The position numbers were made by a program, and so were the translations under genes. This document shows positions 1 through 7,094 of a stretch of DNA of 32,000 nt, piece by piece. Origin of the DNA: Candidatus Saccharimonas aalborgensis (GTDB taxonomy: Bacteria > Patescibacteriota > Saccharimonadia > Saccharimonadales > Saccharimonadaceae); the NCBI RefSeq assembly GCF_000392435.1, contig NC_021219.1:870001-902000 (forward strand), read 5' to 3'. Below the pieces are notes generated by a model. The model was given only the letters and a program-made list of their open reading frames with translations, had not been told where the DNA came from and did not search any database. The first letter of the stretch is position 1; each line of letters opens with the position of its first letter.

Positions 1-669
1 ACCGGTCTCGGCATCGACCGACAGCGGGTCGTACGACTCGAAGACGGCATTGAGGACCGACTGCAAGTTCTTGGTCACCAGGGCATCCCTGATGTTCTCG
101 AACGTGCGGTAGTTCTGGAACAGCCCATCGACCGCCGTCTCCTTGGCCTGCCACTTGACGTACATGTTGGCGCAGGCCACGATTTGGTGCGCGATGCGCA
201 CCTGGATGCAGCCCTCGTTGAAGGCGGCTCCGGTGGGGCGGTTGTGCGTGTCGGTCTGGATGGCACCGTCCATCAGAGTGACATCCTGCCACGGTGCCTT
301 GAAGTGAGGGCCGTTGGACATGGAGCTGGTGGGCGCGCCGAGGGTGGTGACCACACCGATGTCCTTGGTGGGGACGATGACGAAGGTGGAGAAGAACAGC
401 ATGATCGCGGCGAGACCCGCGAGTGCCACACTGCCGTACCTCGTGACCTTGCCGGTGATGGCCTGGGTGCTGGTGTCCGGACGCTGGGGCTGCAATTCGT
501 GGAAGTAAAGCCCGCGGTTCTCTGCAGCGTCACGCCGCGAGCGCCAGTCGGCCAGCTCCTTCTTGTAATTGTCTTCGATGCCGCTGGCATCGTCGCTGTT
601 CTTTCGCGCATAGATGCGCGTGCCGATTGCGGCAAGGAGCAGCAACGCGACAACGATGGTTTCGATCAT
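1..669 (-). CDS. SPFH/Band 7-like membrane protein, partial (runs off left edge)
   Basis: Manual translation of the minus strand from ATG at 669: MIETIVVALLLLAAIGTRIYARKNSDDASGIEDNYKKELADWRSRRDAAENRGLYFHELQPQRPDTSTQAITGKVTRYGSVALAGLAAIMLFFSTFVIVPTKDIGVVTTLGAPTSSMSNGPHFKAPWQDVTLMDGAIQTDTHNRPTGAAFNEGCIQVRIAHQIVACANMYVKWQAKETAVDGLFQNYRTFENIRDALVTKNLQSVLNAVFESYDPLSVDAETG, open to base 1. TM helix followed by VPTKDIGVVTTLG...GPHFKAPWQDV resembles SPFH N-termini. Missing from the ORF track because there is no in-window stop. Confidence 0.65.
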   Translation of the reverse strand, partial: MIETIVVALLLLAAIGTRIYARKNSDDASGIEDNYKKELADWRSRRDAAENRGLYFHELQPQRPDTSTQAITGKVTRYGSVALAGLAAIMLFFSTFVIVPTKDIGVVTTLGAPTSSMSNGPHFKAPWQDVTLMDGAIQTDTHNRPTGAAFNEGCIQVRIAHQIVACANMYVKWQAKETAVDGLFQNYRTFENIRDALVTKNLQSVLNAVFESYDPLSVDAETG

Positions 670-901
670 TGACAGTCTCTCTGCGACGGGTTTGGGCTCC
701 CGAATCGCACACCACTATCAAGCCAGTTGATAGCAAGGTGCGACTCGGGATAATTCAGTAGTAAATTGATTCCTAGCTTGTCAAGCGCGAGGGTTGCTCG
801 CACTATGCACGCGTGTAGGCGTGACATCGTTGCATATTATAGCAAATTATAGTTAAAAAGTCAATACGTTTTCCAGTGGTCACACCTGCTATACTAAGCT
901 C

Positions 902-1618
902 ATGTATAAACGAATCTTACTCAAACTTTCAGGCGAACAACTACAGGGCTCTCACGAGAGCGGATTTGATACTGAGCGTGCCGTGTGGATCGCTGGACAG
1001 CTCAAACAAGCCCTCGCGACAGGGGTACAAATCGTCATCATGGTTGGTGGTGGCAATTATGCGCGTGGAGCGCAGCTTGCTGATGACAAAATACAGCGCA
1101 TCACTGGGGATTATGTCGGTATGCTGGCCACACTTATGAATGCGCTGACACTGGCTGATGTATTCAATAGCGAGGGCGTCGATGCGCGAGCACTGAGCAA
1201 TATCGAGGCGAATCAGCTTGTTGACCAATTTACCCACCGTCGAGCGGTGAGCCATCTCGATAAACACCGGGTCGTGATCGTGGCGGGCGGAACTGGGCGG
1301 CCGTTCCTCACGACCGATACGGCTGCGGTCAATCTCGCACTAGAGTTACAATGTGATGTTGTAGTCAAGACAACGAAGGTTGACGGTGTCTATACCGCAG
1401 ACCCGGCTCTCGACACCACAGCTACCAAATATGAGCATCTCAGTTACGATGAAGTCATCGCTAACCCCTCTATCACCGTCATGGACAAGGCGGCAATCGG
1501 TCTCGCGCTTGAGCAGCACATTCCTATCGTGATCTGTGATCTCCTGACGGAGGGAAATATAGCCCGTGCAGCTCGTGGCGATACTGTCGGTACACTCATA
1601 GGTGAAAAAATGGCATGA
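902..1618 (+). CDS. pyrH: UMP kinase (uridylate kinase)
   Basis: MYKRILLKLSGEQLQG...VGGGNYARG...VIVAGGTGRPFLTTDTAA...VVKTTKVDGVYTADP: amino acid kinase/UMP kinase motifs over full length. Confidence 0.95.
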   Translation: MYKRILLKLSGEQLQGSHESGFDTERAVWIAGQLKQALATGVQIVIMVGGGNYARGAQLADDKIQRITGDYVGMLATLMNALTLADVFNSEGVDARALSNIEANQLVDQFTHRRAVSHLDKHRVVIVAGGTGRPFLTTDTAAVNLALELQCDVVVKTTKVDGVYTADPALDTTATKYEHLSYDEVIANPSITVMDKAAIGLALEQHIPIVICDLLTEGNIARAARGDTVGTLIGEKMA

Positions 1619-2460
1619 AAGCGATATCACCAACCTTGAGCGTCATTGTCTGCGCGTATAATGAAGCCGATACGATTAAGCCTTGTCTATCATCACTTAT
1701 GGAGCAACGAAAGGATATAGATGAGATTATTGTCGTCGACAATAACTCGACCGACGATACTGTCGCTATCATCAAGAAACATTTTCCAGATATCACTGTC
1801 GTCCATGAGTCAGAACAGGGATTGATACCGGCTCGAAATACCGCTTTTGACCGTGCTACGGGTATGGTTATGGCGCGCGTTGATGCTGACGCAAAGATAT
1901 TGCCAGGCTGGGCGCACGCCATAAAGCAACATTTTGCTTCGCACCCGGAGCTTTGGGCTGCTACCGGCACGGTATATTACTACGATGCTCCCCTACGGCA
2001 GCTCGTAGCAACATTGTCGATATTTTTCACGAGTACCTCAAACCGACTAACGGGAACCGCTACATTATATGGGTGCAACATGGCTGTCACGCAAAAAGCG
2101 TGGCGGGCCGTACGGAAGATTGCCTCCACTAAGCCAAGGATCATGGAAGATCTTGATCTTGCTCTCGCTATCTCAGAAAAGGGCGGTAAGATCGACTATA
2201 TTCGTGATATGCAGATCGAAGCATCGATTCGTCGTCTGATGAATACGCCCTTACTATATGCCAAGTACAATTTTCAGTGGCTACGCACCTACTGGTTGCG
2301 TGACTATCACCTGCGCGCCTGTGTAATGGCGCCGGTTGCGTTCGTTTCTACCATTGGTCAGTTCGGTGTTGCGCCAATATTGCGCCGCTACAACCCTGAG
2401 ACAAAACGAATGCAATGGCGAGTTGCTCAAGGGCAAGAAGATCGGGTAGTTCCAGAGTAA
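1615..2460 (+). CDS. Glycosyltransferase family 2
   Basis: SVIVCAYNEADTIKPCLSSLMEQ...IIVVDNNSTDDT...ARVDADAKILPGW: GT-A fold GT2 motifs; overlaps pyrH stop by 4 nt. Confidence 0.88.
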   Translation: MKAISPTLSVIVCAYNEADTIKPCLSSLMEQRKDIDEIIVVDNNSTDDTVAIIKKHFPDITVVHESEQGLIPARNTAFDRATGMVMARVDADAKILPGWAHAIKQHFASHPELWAATGTVYYYDAPLRQLVATLSIFFTSTSNRLTGTATLYGCNMAVTQKAWRAVRKIASTKPRIMEDLDLALAISEKGGKIDYIRDMQIEASIRRLMNTPLLYAKYNFQWLRTYWLRDYHLRACVMAPVAFVSTIGQFGVAPILRRYNPETKRMQWRVAQGQEDRVVPE

Positions 2461-2527
2461 CCCCGTGGTGCTATACCAGTAGGTATAGTTGGTATTTTGA
2501 GACTAAGTCAATTATAATGGATCACTG

Positions 2528-3388
2528 ATGAAGCCACTACCCTCTCTCTCCATAGTTATACCGGCATATAACGAAGAATCAGTCATTGAGCGATGCCTTG
2601 TCGCGTGCGCGACACAAACCCCTTTAGCGGATGAGATTATCGTTATTGACAATAATTCTCGTGATGCGACGCTCAGTATTGCGCGGGACGTCGCTCGTCG
2701 GTACCCTCAGGCAAACATTCGTGTCGTCAGCGAAAAAAAGCAAGGCGTCTTACCGGCGCGTGATCGTGGTTTTCAGGAAGCTAGCTATGAAGTGATGGGT
2801 AGGATTGATGCAGATTCGATTCTCGAGCCAGGCTGGGTGCAGGCCGTCAAAGAAGTGTTTGCTGATCCCGAGGTGATGGCTGCCTCAGGACCAGTGGTGT
2901 ACTACGACATGCCGCTCAAGAAACTAAGTCATAAAGCAGACAATATCATTCGCAAACTACTTCACCAAAACGCCAAAGATCATCGTTTTTTGTTCGGGAC
3001 CAATATGGCTGTTCGGGCAACCGCATGGGACGCCATCAAGGACCATATTCCACCAGACCCCAATGACGAGCATCACGAGGATGTCAGCATCGCCATTACG
3101 CTGTTTCAGCATGGTCTTGAAATTGCCTATGCACCTCTGATGGTGGCCGGTATGTCGGCACGACGTATCGAGGACAAGCCCAAGGATTTTTATCGCTATA
3201 TCATGCGATACGAACGGACATTTAAGGCGCACGGCGTCAAAAGTGCTCAGGCGCGTATGCCGATCTTTATCTATCTGTTAATTTACTTTCCCATTCGCAC
3301 CATACGTCAGTTTTATGATACGGATACAAACAAGTTCACGTGGCGTAAACTCACCGAGCAGATCAAGAGTCACACGAAATCGGACTAA
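2528..3388 (+). CDS. Glycosyltransferase family 2
   Basis: SIVIPAYNEESVIERCLVACATQ...IIVIDNNSRDATL...GRIDADSILEPGW; clearly paralogous to the preceding gene. Confidence 0.88.
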   Translation: MKPLPSLSIVIPAYNEESVIERCLVACATQTPLADEIIVIDNNSRDATLSIARDVARRYPQANIRVVSEKKQGVLPARDRGFQEASYEVMGRIDADSILEPGWVQAVKEVFADPEVMAASGPVVYYDMPLKKLSHKADNIIRKLLHQNAKDHRFLFGTNMAVRATAWDAIKDHIPPDPNDEHHEDVSIAITLFQHGLEIAYAPLMVAGMSARRIEDKPKDFYRYIMRYERTFKAHGVKSAQARMPIFIYLLIYFPIRTIRQFYDTDTNKFTWRKLTEQIKSHTKSD

Positions 3389-3389
3389 A

Positions 3390-3410
3390 AAAACCGCATC
3401 ATGCGGTCAA
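3390..3410 (-). terminator. Intrinsic terminator
   Basis: Minus strand reads tgACCGCATgATGCGGTttttt: perfect short stem followed by a T run. Confidence 0.65.
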
Positions 3411-3464
3411 TGAGTTGTAGCGGGGTGACCCCGCCCCCAGAGCGTCGAGGCTCCGGAGACGGGG

Positions 3465-3638
3465 TCACTTGCGGCCGAGCAGGTGGTCGAACAGCGTGAT
3501 GATCGCCTCTGCGATCGACACGAGCGCCGACCAGATGCTCTTGATGATGTCCGCCGCCATCGCGGGATTCTTGATGACGACATACACCCCAAACGCGATA
3601 ACCAACCACTTGATGGCAACCACTGCGCCTTTGGGCAC
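3465..3638 (-). CDS. Small GC-rich single-TM-type protein (57 aa), cassette C2
   Basis: GTG start at 3638 preceded by GGGAGGTGAGTGCG; MPKGAVVAIKWLVIAFGVYVVIKNPAMAADIIKSIWSALVSIAEAIITLFDHLLGRK; promoter at 3676-3704; hairpin gtgaccccg/cggggtcac just downstream. Confidence 0.65.
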   Translation of the reverse strand: MPKGAVVAIKWLVIAFGVYVVIKNPAMAADIIKSIWSALVSIAEAIITLFDHLLGRK

Positions 3639-3675
3639 CGCACTCACCTCCCTTCCAGGTGTAGGTGAAGTCTGT

Positions 3676-3704
3676 ATTATACAACGAAAAAATGGATAAA
3701 TCAA
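3676..3704 (-). promoter_or_regulatory. Sigma70-type promoter of the 57-aa gene
   Basis: Minus strand TTGATT-17 nt-TATAAT. Confidence 0.7.
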
Positions 3705-3710
3705 ATAGAG

Positions 3711-3836
3711 ACTTAAATCTCACCCCCTCCCCACTCCAGACAACCGGCCCGCCGCTAACTAAATCAGCCTTCGCTCTTGGCGGGCCTTGGCCCATAAGGG
3801 CCAACTGTCTGTCGGAGGAGGGGGTGAGATCCAAGT
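3711..3836 (-). repeat. Multibranched inverted-repeat element, copy A (downstream of smpB)
   Basis: Outer stem ATCTCACCCCCTCC/GGAGGGGGTGAGAT (plus ACTT/AAGT); inner CAGACA/TGTCTG, GGCCCGCC/GGCGGGCC and TTGGCCC/GGGCCAA stems. Near-identical internal sequence to copies B and C. Confidence 0.85.
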
Positions 3837-3877
3837 AAGGCCATCTCAGACCTAGTGTGGTTGCAATAGCGAAGTAA

Positions 3878-4360
3878 TTACCGCGCGTGCTTTATTTGGG
3901 CGCTGCTCTCGCGGTCAGCTTGGCGCCGCTTGATTGTTTCGCGTTTGTCCCAACGCTTCTTGCCCTTGCCAAGGGCGATGACAACTTTGATATAGCGGCC
4001 CGAGGTCAGCATTTTTGTGGGGACGATCGTCATGCCAAGTTTTTTGCGAGCGGAGAATAGTTCAATTTGACGTTTGCTTGCCAGTAGTCGCCGGGGTCTC
4101 GTATCAACGCTGTGGGCACCGGGCTTACCTCTCTCGTTGAGCTTCAGACTAAAACTTGCGTTGTTGAGCCATAGGTCTCCGTCTTTGATCGTCACATAGG
4201 CGCCACGGAGTTGGATATGTCCATCACGAGCTGCCCGCACCTCTGGTCCTGTAAGTGATACGCCGGCGACGATATCATCGTCAAGCTCATAATCAAATCG
4301 GGCGCGACGATTGACGATCGGTGCTTTTGGGTGTGATACTGTGGCTTTTTTGGCGCTCAT
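3878..4360 (-). CDS. smpB: SsrA-binding protein SmpB
   Basis: MSAKKATVSHPKAPIVNRRARFDYELDDDIVAGVSLTGPEVRAARDGHIQLRGAYVTIKDGDLWLNNASF...RPRRLLASKRQIE...KVVIALGKGKKRWDKRETIKRR. The 206-aa ORF track call is N-terminally extended; the ATG at 4360 sits 7 nt after a TATAAT box. Confidence 0.95.
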   Translation of the reverse strand: MSAKKATVSHPKAPIVNRRARFDYELDDDIVAGVSLTGPEVRAARDGHIQLRGAYVTIKDGDLWLNNASFSLKLNERGKPGAHSVDTRPRRLLASKRQIELFSARKKLGMTIVPTKMLTSGRYIKVVIALGKGKKRWDKRETIKRRQADRESSAQIKHAR

Positions 4361-4405
4361 ACTAGTGATTATAGCAAAATACCGCAAGATGCAGGACAAA
4401 AGGTA

Positions 4406-4434
4406 TTGCTTTTTTGTAGTAATTATGCTATAAT
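4406..4434 (+). promoter_or_regulatory. Promoter of cassette C3
   Basis: TTGCTT-17 nt-TATAAT. Confidence 0.65.
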
Positions 4435-4440
4435 GCTTTT

Positions 4441-4730
4441 TATCAGTGATGTGAGGTACAATATATCTCCCACTGCGAAGATTCCAAACGTGCTTCATGA
4501 CTCTTCTTGCGAGAGAAGCTGCCCTCTCCGATATGGTAGAACTAGCCAGCCGGCATCAAACGATTTGTTTGGTCTCGACTGGCTAGTCCCACCCGGATCC
4601 GGGACAAACCCTTTCGCTTCAAGAGTCGGAGGTTCCGGAACCTTTGACAACTCTCTCAGCGAAAGCAGCTTTACCTGCAGTACCCTCGCGACCACCGTGG
4701 CCGCGAGAACCTTCACGAAGGGAGCCAGCA
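4441..4730 (+). other. Long, highly structured 5' leader / possible cis-regulatory RNA
   Basis: Closing stem GACTCTT (4499-4505)/AAGAGTC (4621-4627); ACTAGCCAG (4541-4549)/CTGGCTAGT (4579-4587) with inner CAAAC/GTTTG; palindromes CCCGGATCCGGG (4592-4603) and AGGTTCCGGAACCT (4630-4643). Confidence 0.5.
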
Positions 4731-5153
4731 ATGGCATTCGGAAACAAGGCCCGCATCGCCGCCCTCGAGGCCCGCAACGCCCAGCTCGAGCAGCTGTTCG
4801 GTCGCGCGGACGTCCGCCTGGACACCTACGGGCCCGAGCTCGCCGGCATCTTCGGTGACACCCCGACGGCTCACAGCGCCGGTCGCTGGACCTCGTCCAC
4901 GACCGTCCGCGACATCTACGGGATCAACGTGTCCAACGTGCCGGGCCGGGAGCAGGTCTCCTTCATGGCGATCAAGCACGCCGGCGCCGTCAAGCCGTTC
5001 GTCGTCTCGCTCCACCCGGGCGAGCACGTCGACTTCGACGCCAACGACTTCGCCGACCTCGAGGAGTGGGTCAACGCGGCCCGCACGGGCCAGACCCTCG
5101 ACCCCAACCGGCACGACCAGCGGGCGGCGAAGATGTTCAGCCTCGTCGGCTGA
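4731..5153 (+). CDS. Hypothetical GC-rich gene (140 aa), cassette C3
   Basis: SD AAGGGAG then ATG at 4731: MAFGNKARIAALEARNAQLEQLFGRADVRLDTYGPELAGIFGDTPTAHSAGRWTSSTTVRDIYGINVSNVPGREQVSFMAIKHAGAVKPFVVSLHPGEHVDFDANDFADLEEWVNAARTGQTLDPNRHDQRAAKMFSLVG. Confidence 0.75.
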   Translation: MAFGNKARIAALEARNAQLEQLFGRADVRLDTYGPELAGIFGDTPTAHSAGRWTSSTTVRDIYGINVSNVPGREQVSFMAIKHAGAVKPFVVSLHPGEHVDFDANDFADLEEWVNAARTGQTLDPNRHDQRAAKMFSLVG

Positions 5154-5173
5154 CACATCTCGCTGAGAGAGCT

Positions 5174-5204
5174 GGTGGGGGCGCGCACGCTGTGCGCCCC
5201 CACC
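5174..5204 (+). terminator. Strong GC-rich hairpin after cassette C3
   Basis: GGTGGGGGCGC (5174-5184)/GCGCCCCCACC (5194-5204); no immediate T run. A second hairpin with a T tail (gacccacatggggtctttttt) follows near 5221-5245. Confidence 0.65.
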
Positions 5205-5299
5205 ACTCTCGAACTAAAAAAATAGCAATAAAAAAAGAACGACCCACATGGGGTCTTTTTTGTATAACAGAGAGAGTTGTTTGTAGCGATAGATTCCGC

Positions 5300-5342
5300 G
5301 TGAAGCGGGAGCCGGGGGCGTATCCCCCAGCTCCCGCTTCAC
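5300..5342 (-). terminator. Long hairpin downstream of cassette C4
   Basis: GTGAAGCGGGAGC (5300-5312)/GCTCCCGCTTCAC (5330-5342), inner GGGGG/CCCCC. Confidence 0.7.
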
Positions 5343-5355
5343 ATGTGCGCTGGGG

Positions 5356-6051
5356 CTAGTCGAGCATGGTCTGGTAGGCCCGCGTGAGCTCGGCGTTGGC
5401 CAGCTCGACGAGCGCCTTGTAATCGGCGACGTCCCGCTCGTGGATGGCCACGAGCTTGGCATTCGCCTGCCGCTCGCGCGTCAGCGCCAGGCGGTCACGC
5501 CGCAGCTGCGCCGTCTGCTCGTCGAGCCAGCGCCCGACGTCCTCGGGTGTCTCGAGCCACTCGGGCAACTCGTCCCACTGGTACTTGCCACGCCGGAACA
5601 GCTTGCGCCACTCGCGCAGCTCGCGAGCGGTCCGGTTGAGCTCGTACTTGTGGTAGTTGAACTGGTGTCCGAGGTCGACGTTGCGTGCTTCGCGGGCGAG
5701 GCGTTCGAGCTCCCTGATGGCCTCCTGGTGCATCTGGAGCAGCTCGCCGAAAGCGACCGCCTGAGCGATCAGCTGGCGGTCGGCCTCGCTGCTGCCGTCG
5801 GCGGCATCGATGCGGATGCGCGCGATGCGGAGCAGCCCGTAGCGGAGCGCCACCTCATGGATGACGCTGCCAATGGCGGCAGCGCGGGGGAAGGCGGGGT
5901 TGAACGTCCCGTTGAAGCGGTAGTCGTTCAAGGCCTTGGCGATGAACCCATCGGGGCGGATCTCGCTGACGTACAGCGTGCTGTACATCGACATCGAGAT
6001 ACCACCGTCGTTCAGTTTGATGACGAACCGTGGCGGGAAGTTCCAACTCAT
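5356..6051 (-). CDS. Hypothetical GC-rich, charged/helical protein (231 aa), cassette C4
   Basis: SD AGGAGAGGAGG 8 nt before ATG at 6051; MSWNFPPRFVIKLNDGGISMSMYSTLYVSEIRPDGFIAKALNDYRF...AQLRRDRLALTRERQANAKLVAIHERDVADYKALVELANAELTRAYQTMLD. Confidence 0.75.
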   Translation of the reverse strand: MSWNFPPRFVIKLNDGGISMSMYSTLYVSEIRPDGFIAKALNDYRFNGTFNPAFPRAAAIGSVIHEVALRYGLLRIARIRIDAADGSSEADRQLIAQAVAFGELLQMHQEAIRELERLAREARNVDLGHQFNYHKYELNRTARELREWRKLFRRGKYQWDELPEWLETPEDVGRWLDEQTAQLRRDRLALTRERQANAKLVAIHERDVADYKALVELANAELTRAYQTMLD

Positions 6052-6102
6052 GAAGTATGCCTCCTCTCCTGCTCGCAGTGACGGGGAATCCGTCAGGGGC
6101 TA

Positions 6103-6159
6103 CGAATCAGGAGCGGCAGCCATAGTCATAGACTCTATGACCACAACTCCTGATTCGTC
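6103..6159 (-). promoter_or_regulatory. Leader hairpin of cassette C4
   Basis: ACGAATCAGGAG (6103-6114)/CTCCTGATTCGT (6148-6159), nested GTCATAG-act-CTATGAC (6126-6142). Confidence 0.55.
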
Positions 6160-6211
6160 TAAACTCTCTCTGTCAAAAAACAAGGGGCATGTGGTATGCC
6201 CTCTCAAATAT

Positions 6212-6239
6212 ATTTTACAACAATAAGATTATTAGTCAA
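6212..6239 (-). promoter_or_regulatory. Putative promoter of cassette C4
   Basis: Minus strand TTGACT-16 nt-TAAAAT. Confidence 0.5.
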
Positions 6240-6256
6240 TATGCTGATCCCAGATA

Positions 6257-6592
6257 TCAGCCATCGTATTTCAGGTGTACCCCTGCTTGGTCGGCAAGCT
6301 GAAAGATCCAGCGCTCCAAGCGTGCTTGCTGGTGTGCCTGGACTTTCGTCTCCTGGATGAGTGTTTCGATGCGAGACATGTGGGTATCGAGGATGCCATA
6401 GATTCGGTTTACATCTGATTTCAGTTCTGAGACATCTGATTTAAGCTCAGCTACATCTGATTTAAGCTCAGCTACATCTGATTTAAGCTCAGCAATATTG
6501 TCTTCAATTTTATCAAAGCGCTTATCGACGCTATCGGCAAATTGCGAGAGTGTCGAGAGGATTTCTTCGTTGGTAACCTGAGCTTTGACCAT
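6257..6592 (-). CDS. Coiled-coil protein with heptad repeats (111 aa)
   Basis: MVKAQVTNEEILSTLSQFADSVDKRFDKIEDNIAELKSDVAELKSDVAELKSDVSELKSDVNRIYGILDTHMSRIETLIQETKVQAHQQARLERWIFQLADQAGVHLKYDG; ATG at 6592 lies 6 nt after TACAAT. Confidence 0.75.
   Translation of the reverse strand: MVKAQVTNEEILSTLSQFADSVDKRFDKIEDNIAELKSDVAELKSDVAELKSDVSELKSDVNRIYGILDTHMSRIETLIQETKVQAHQQARLERWIFQLADQAGVHLKYDG
6420..6495 (-). repeat. 21-nt tandem repeat inside the coiled-coil gene (codes SDVAELK/SDVSELK)
   Basis: Near-identical units of the type ctgatttaagctcagctacat in tandem. Confidence 0.75.
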
Positions 6593-6663
6593 GTACCCAT
6601 TGTAGCATGTCTCGTCATATGCGTGCTCGGTGTTAGGATTTTGCGGGTTAATTGCACTCACTA

Positions 6664-6731
6664 CGGAAAGGCCGCCCCGACGGGGTGGCCTGAGTGCTCT
6701 ACACGAACTGATGTCCGGAGCGGCCTTTCCG
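6664..6731 (-). terminator. Hairpin structure downstream of cassette C5
   Basis: CGGAAAGGCCG (6664-6674)/CGGCCTTTCCG (6721-6731), perfect 11 bp. Confidence 0.6.
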
Positions 6732-6758
6732 TGGGGGCGGCGTGATGAAGTGCCTCTA

Positions 6759-7016
6759 CTACGCGTATTTTTTGCGTAGCGTGGGCCGGTTGCGAAACGC
6801 CAGCTCTTTGTCGAGGTGATACAGCAGGGCGAGTTCCAGGACAAGGTTGCTGACGCAGTCGAGGTACTCAGCTTTGGGATCACCGTAGCCCTCCCTCATG
6901 AGCTGGCGGAGCTTGGTTTCGAGCCCCGACATAGCTAGCATCGCATTCGCCCTACGCTCTAGGAGCTCATCCATGCTAAGGGCGGCGAAGCCAGTGGTGG
7001 TGCGAGCGTCGGTCAT
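6759..7016 (-). CDS. Small GC-rich hypothetical protein (85 aa), cassette C5
   Basis: MTDARTTTGFAALSMDELLERRANAMLAMSGLETKLRQLMREGYGDPKAEYLDCVSNLVLELALLYHLDKELAFRNRPTLRKKYA; upstream GAAGGGAG SD. Confidence 0.7.
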   Translation of the reverse strand: MTDARTTTGFAALSMDELLERRANAMLAMSGLETKLRQLMREGYGDPKAEYLDCVSNLVLELALLYHLDKELAFRNRPTLRKKYA

Positions 7017-7065
7017 ACCGACTCCCTTCTCATGTAACGGTCTCTCGACGAGAGACGCTAAGGTA

Positions 7066-7094
7066 ATTTTACAATAATAAGCGAAAAGTATCAA
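7066..7094 (-). promoter_or_regulatory. Promoter of cassette C5
   Basis: Minus strand TTGATA-17 nt-TAAAAT; leader hairpin gtctctc-gtc-gagagac follows. Confidence 0.65.

Noticed and set aside
184-672. ORF 184..672 (+) and ORFs 273..653 / 530..736 (-)
   Set aside because: Shadow frames of the GC-rich SPFH-like gene whose minus-strand reading (ATG at 669) gives coherent TM and SPFH-like sequence.
3711-3836. Repeat elements as insertion sequences or transposon ends
   Set aside because: No transposase ORF, no clear target-site duplication; size and conserved internal stems suggest a small structured or MITE-like element, so mobility is unproven.
4441-4730. Region next to smpB considered as the tmRNA (ssrA) gene
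   Set aside because: No tRNA-like 3' end with a TTCGATTC T-arm and CCA, and no tag reading frame ending in a typical ALA-like peptide followed by a stop; it reads into an SD and ATG instead.
4619-5206. ORFs 4713..5156 (-), 4855..5166 (+), 4916..5206 (-), 4495..4737 (-)
   Set aside because: Alternate-frame artefacts of a GC-rich region; only the 4731..5153 frame has an SD and sensible composition.
5440-6081. 213-aa ORF on the plus strand
   Set aside because: Antisense shadow of the 5356..6051 gene, which has a strong SD, promoter and terminator; the plus frame has no RBS and low-complexity composition.
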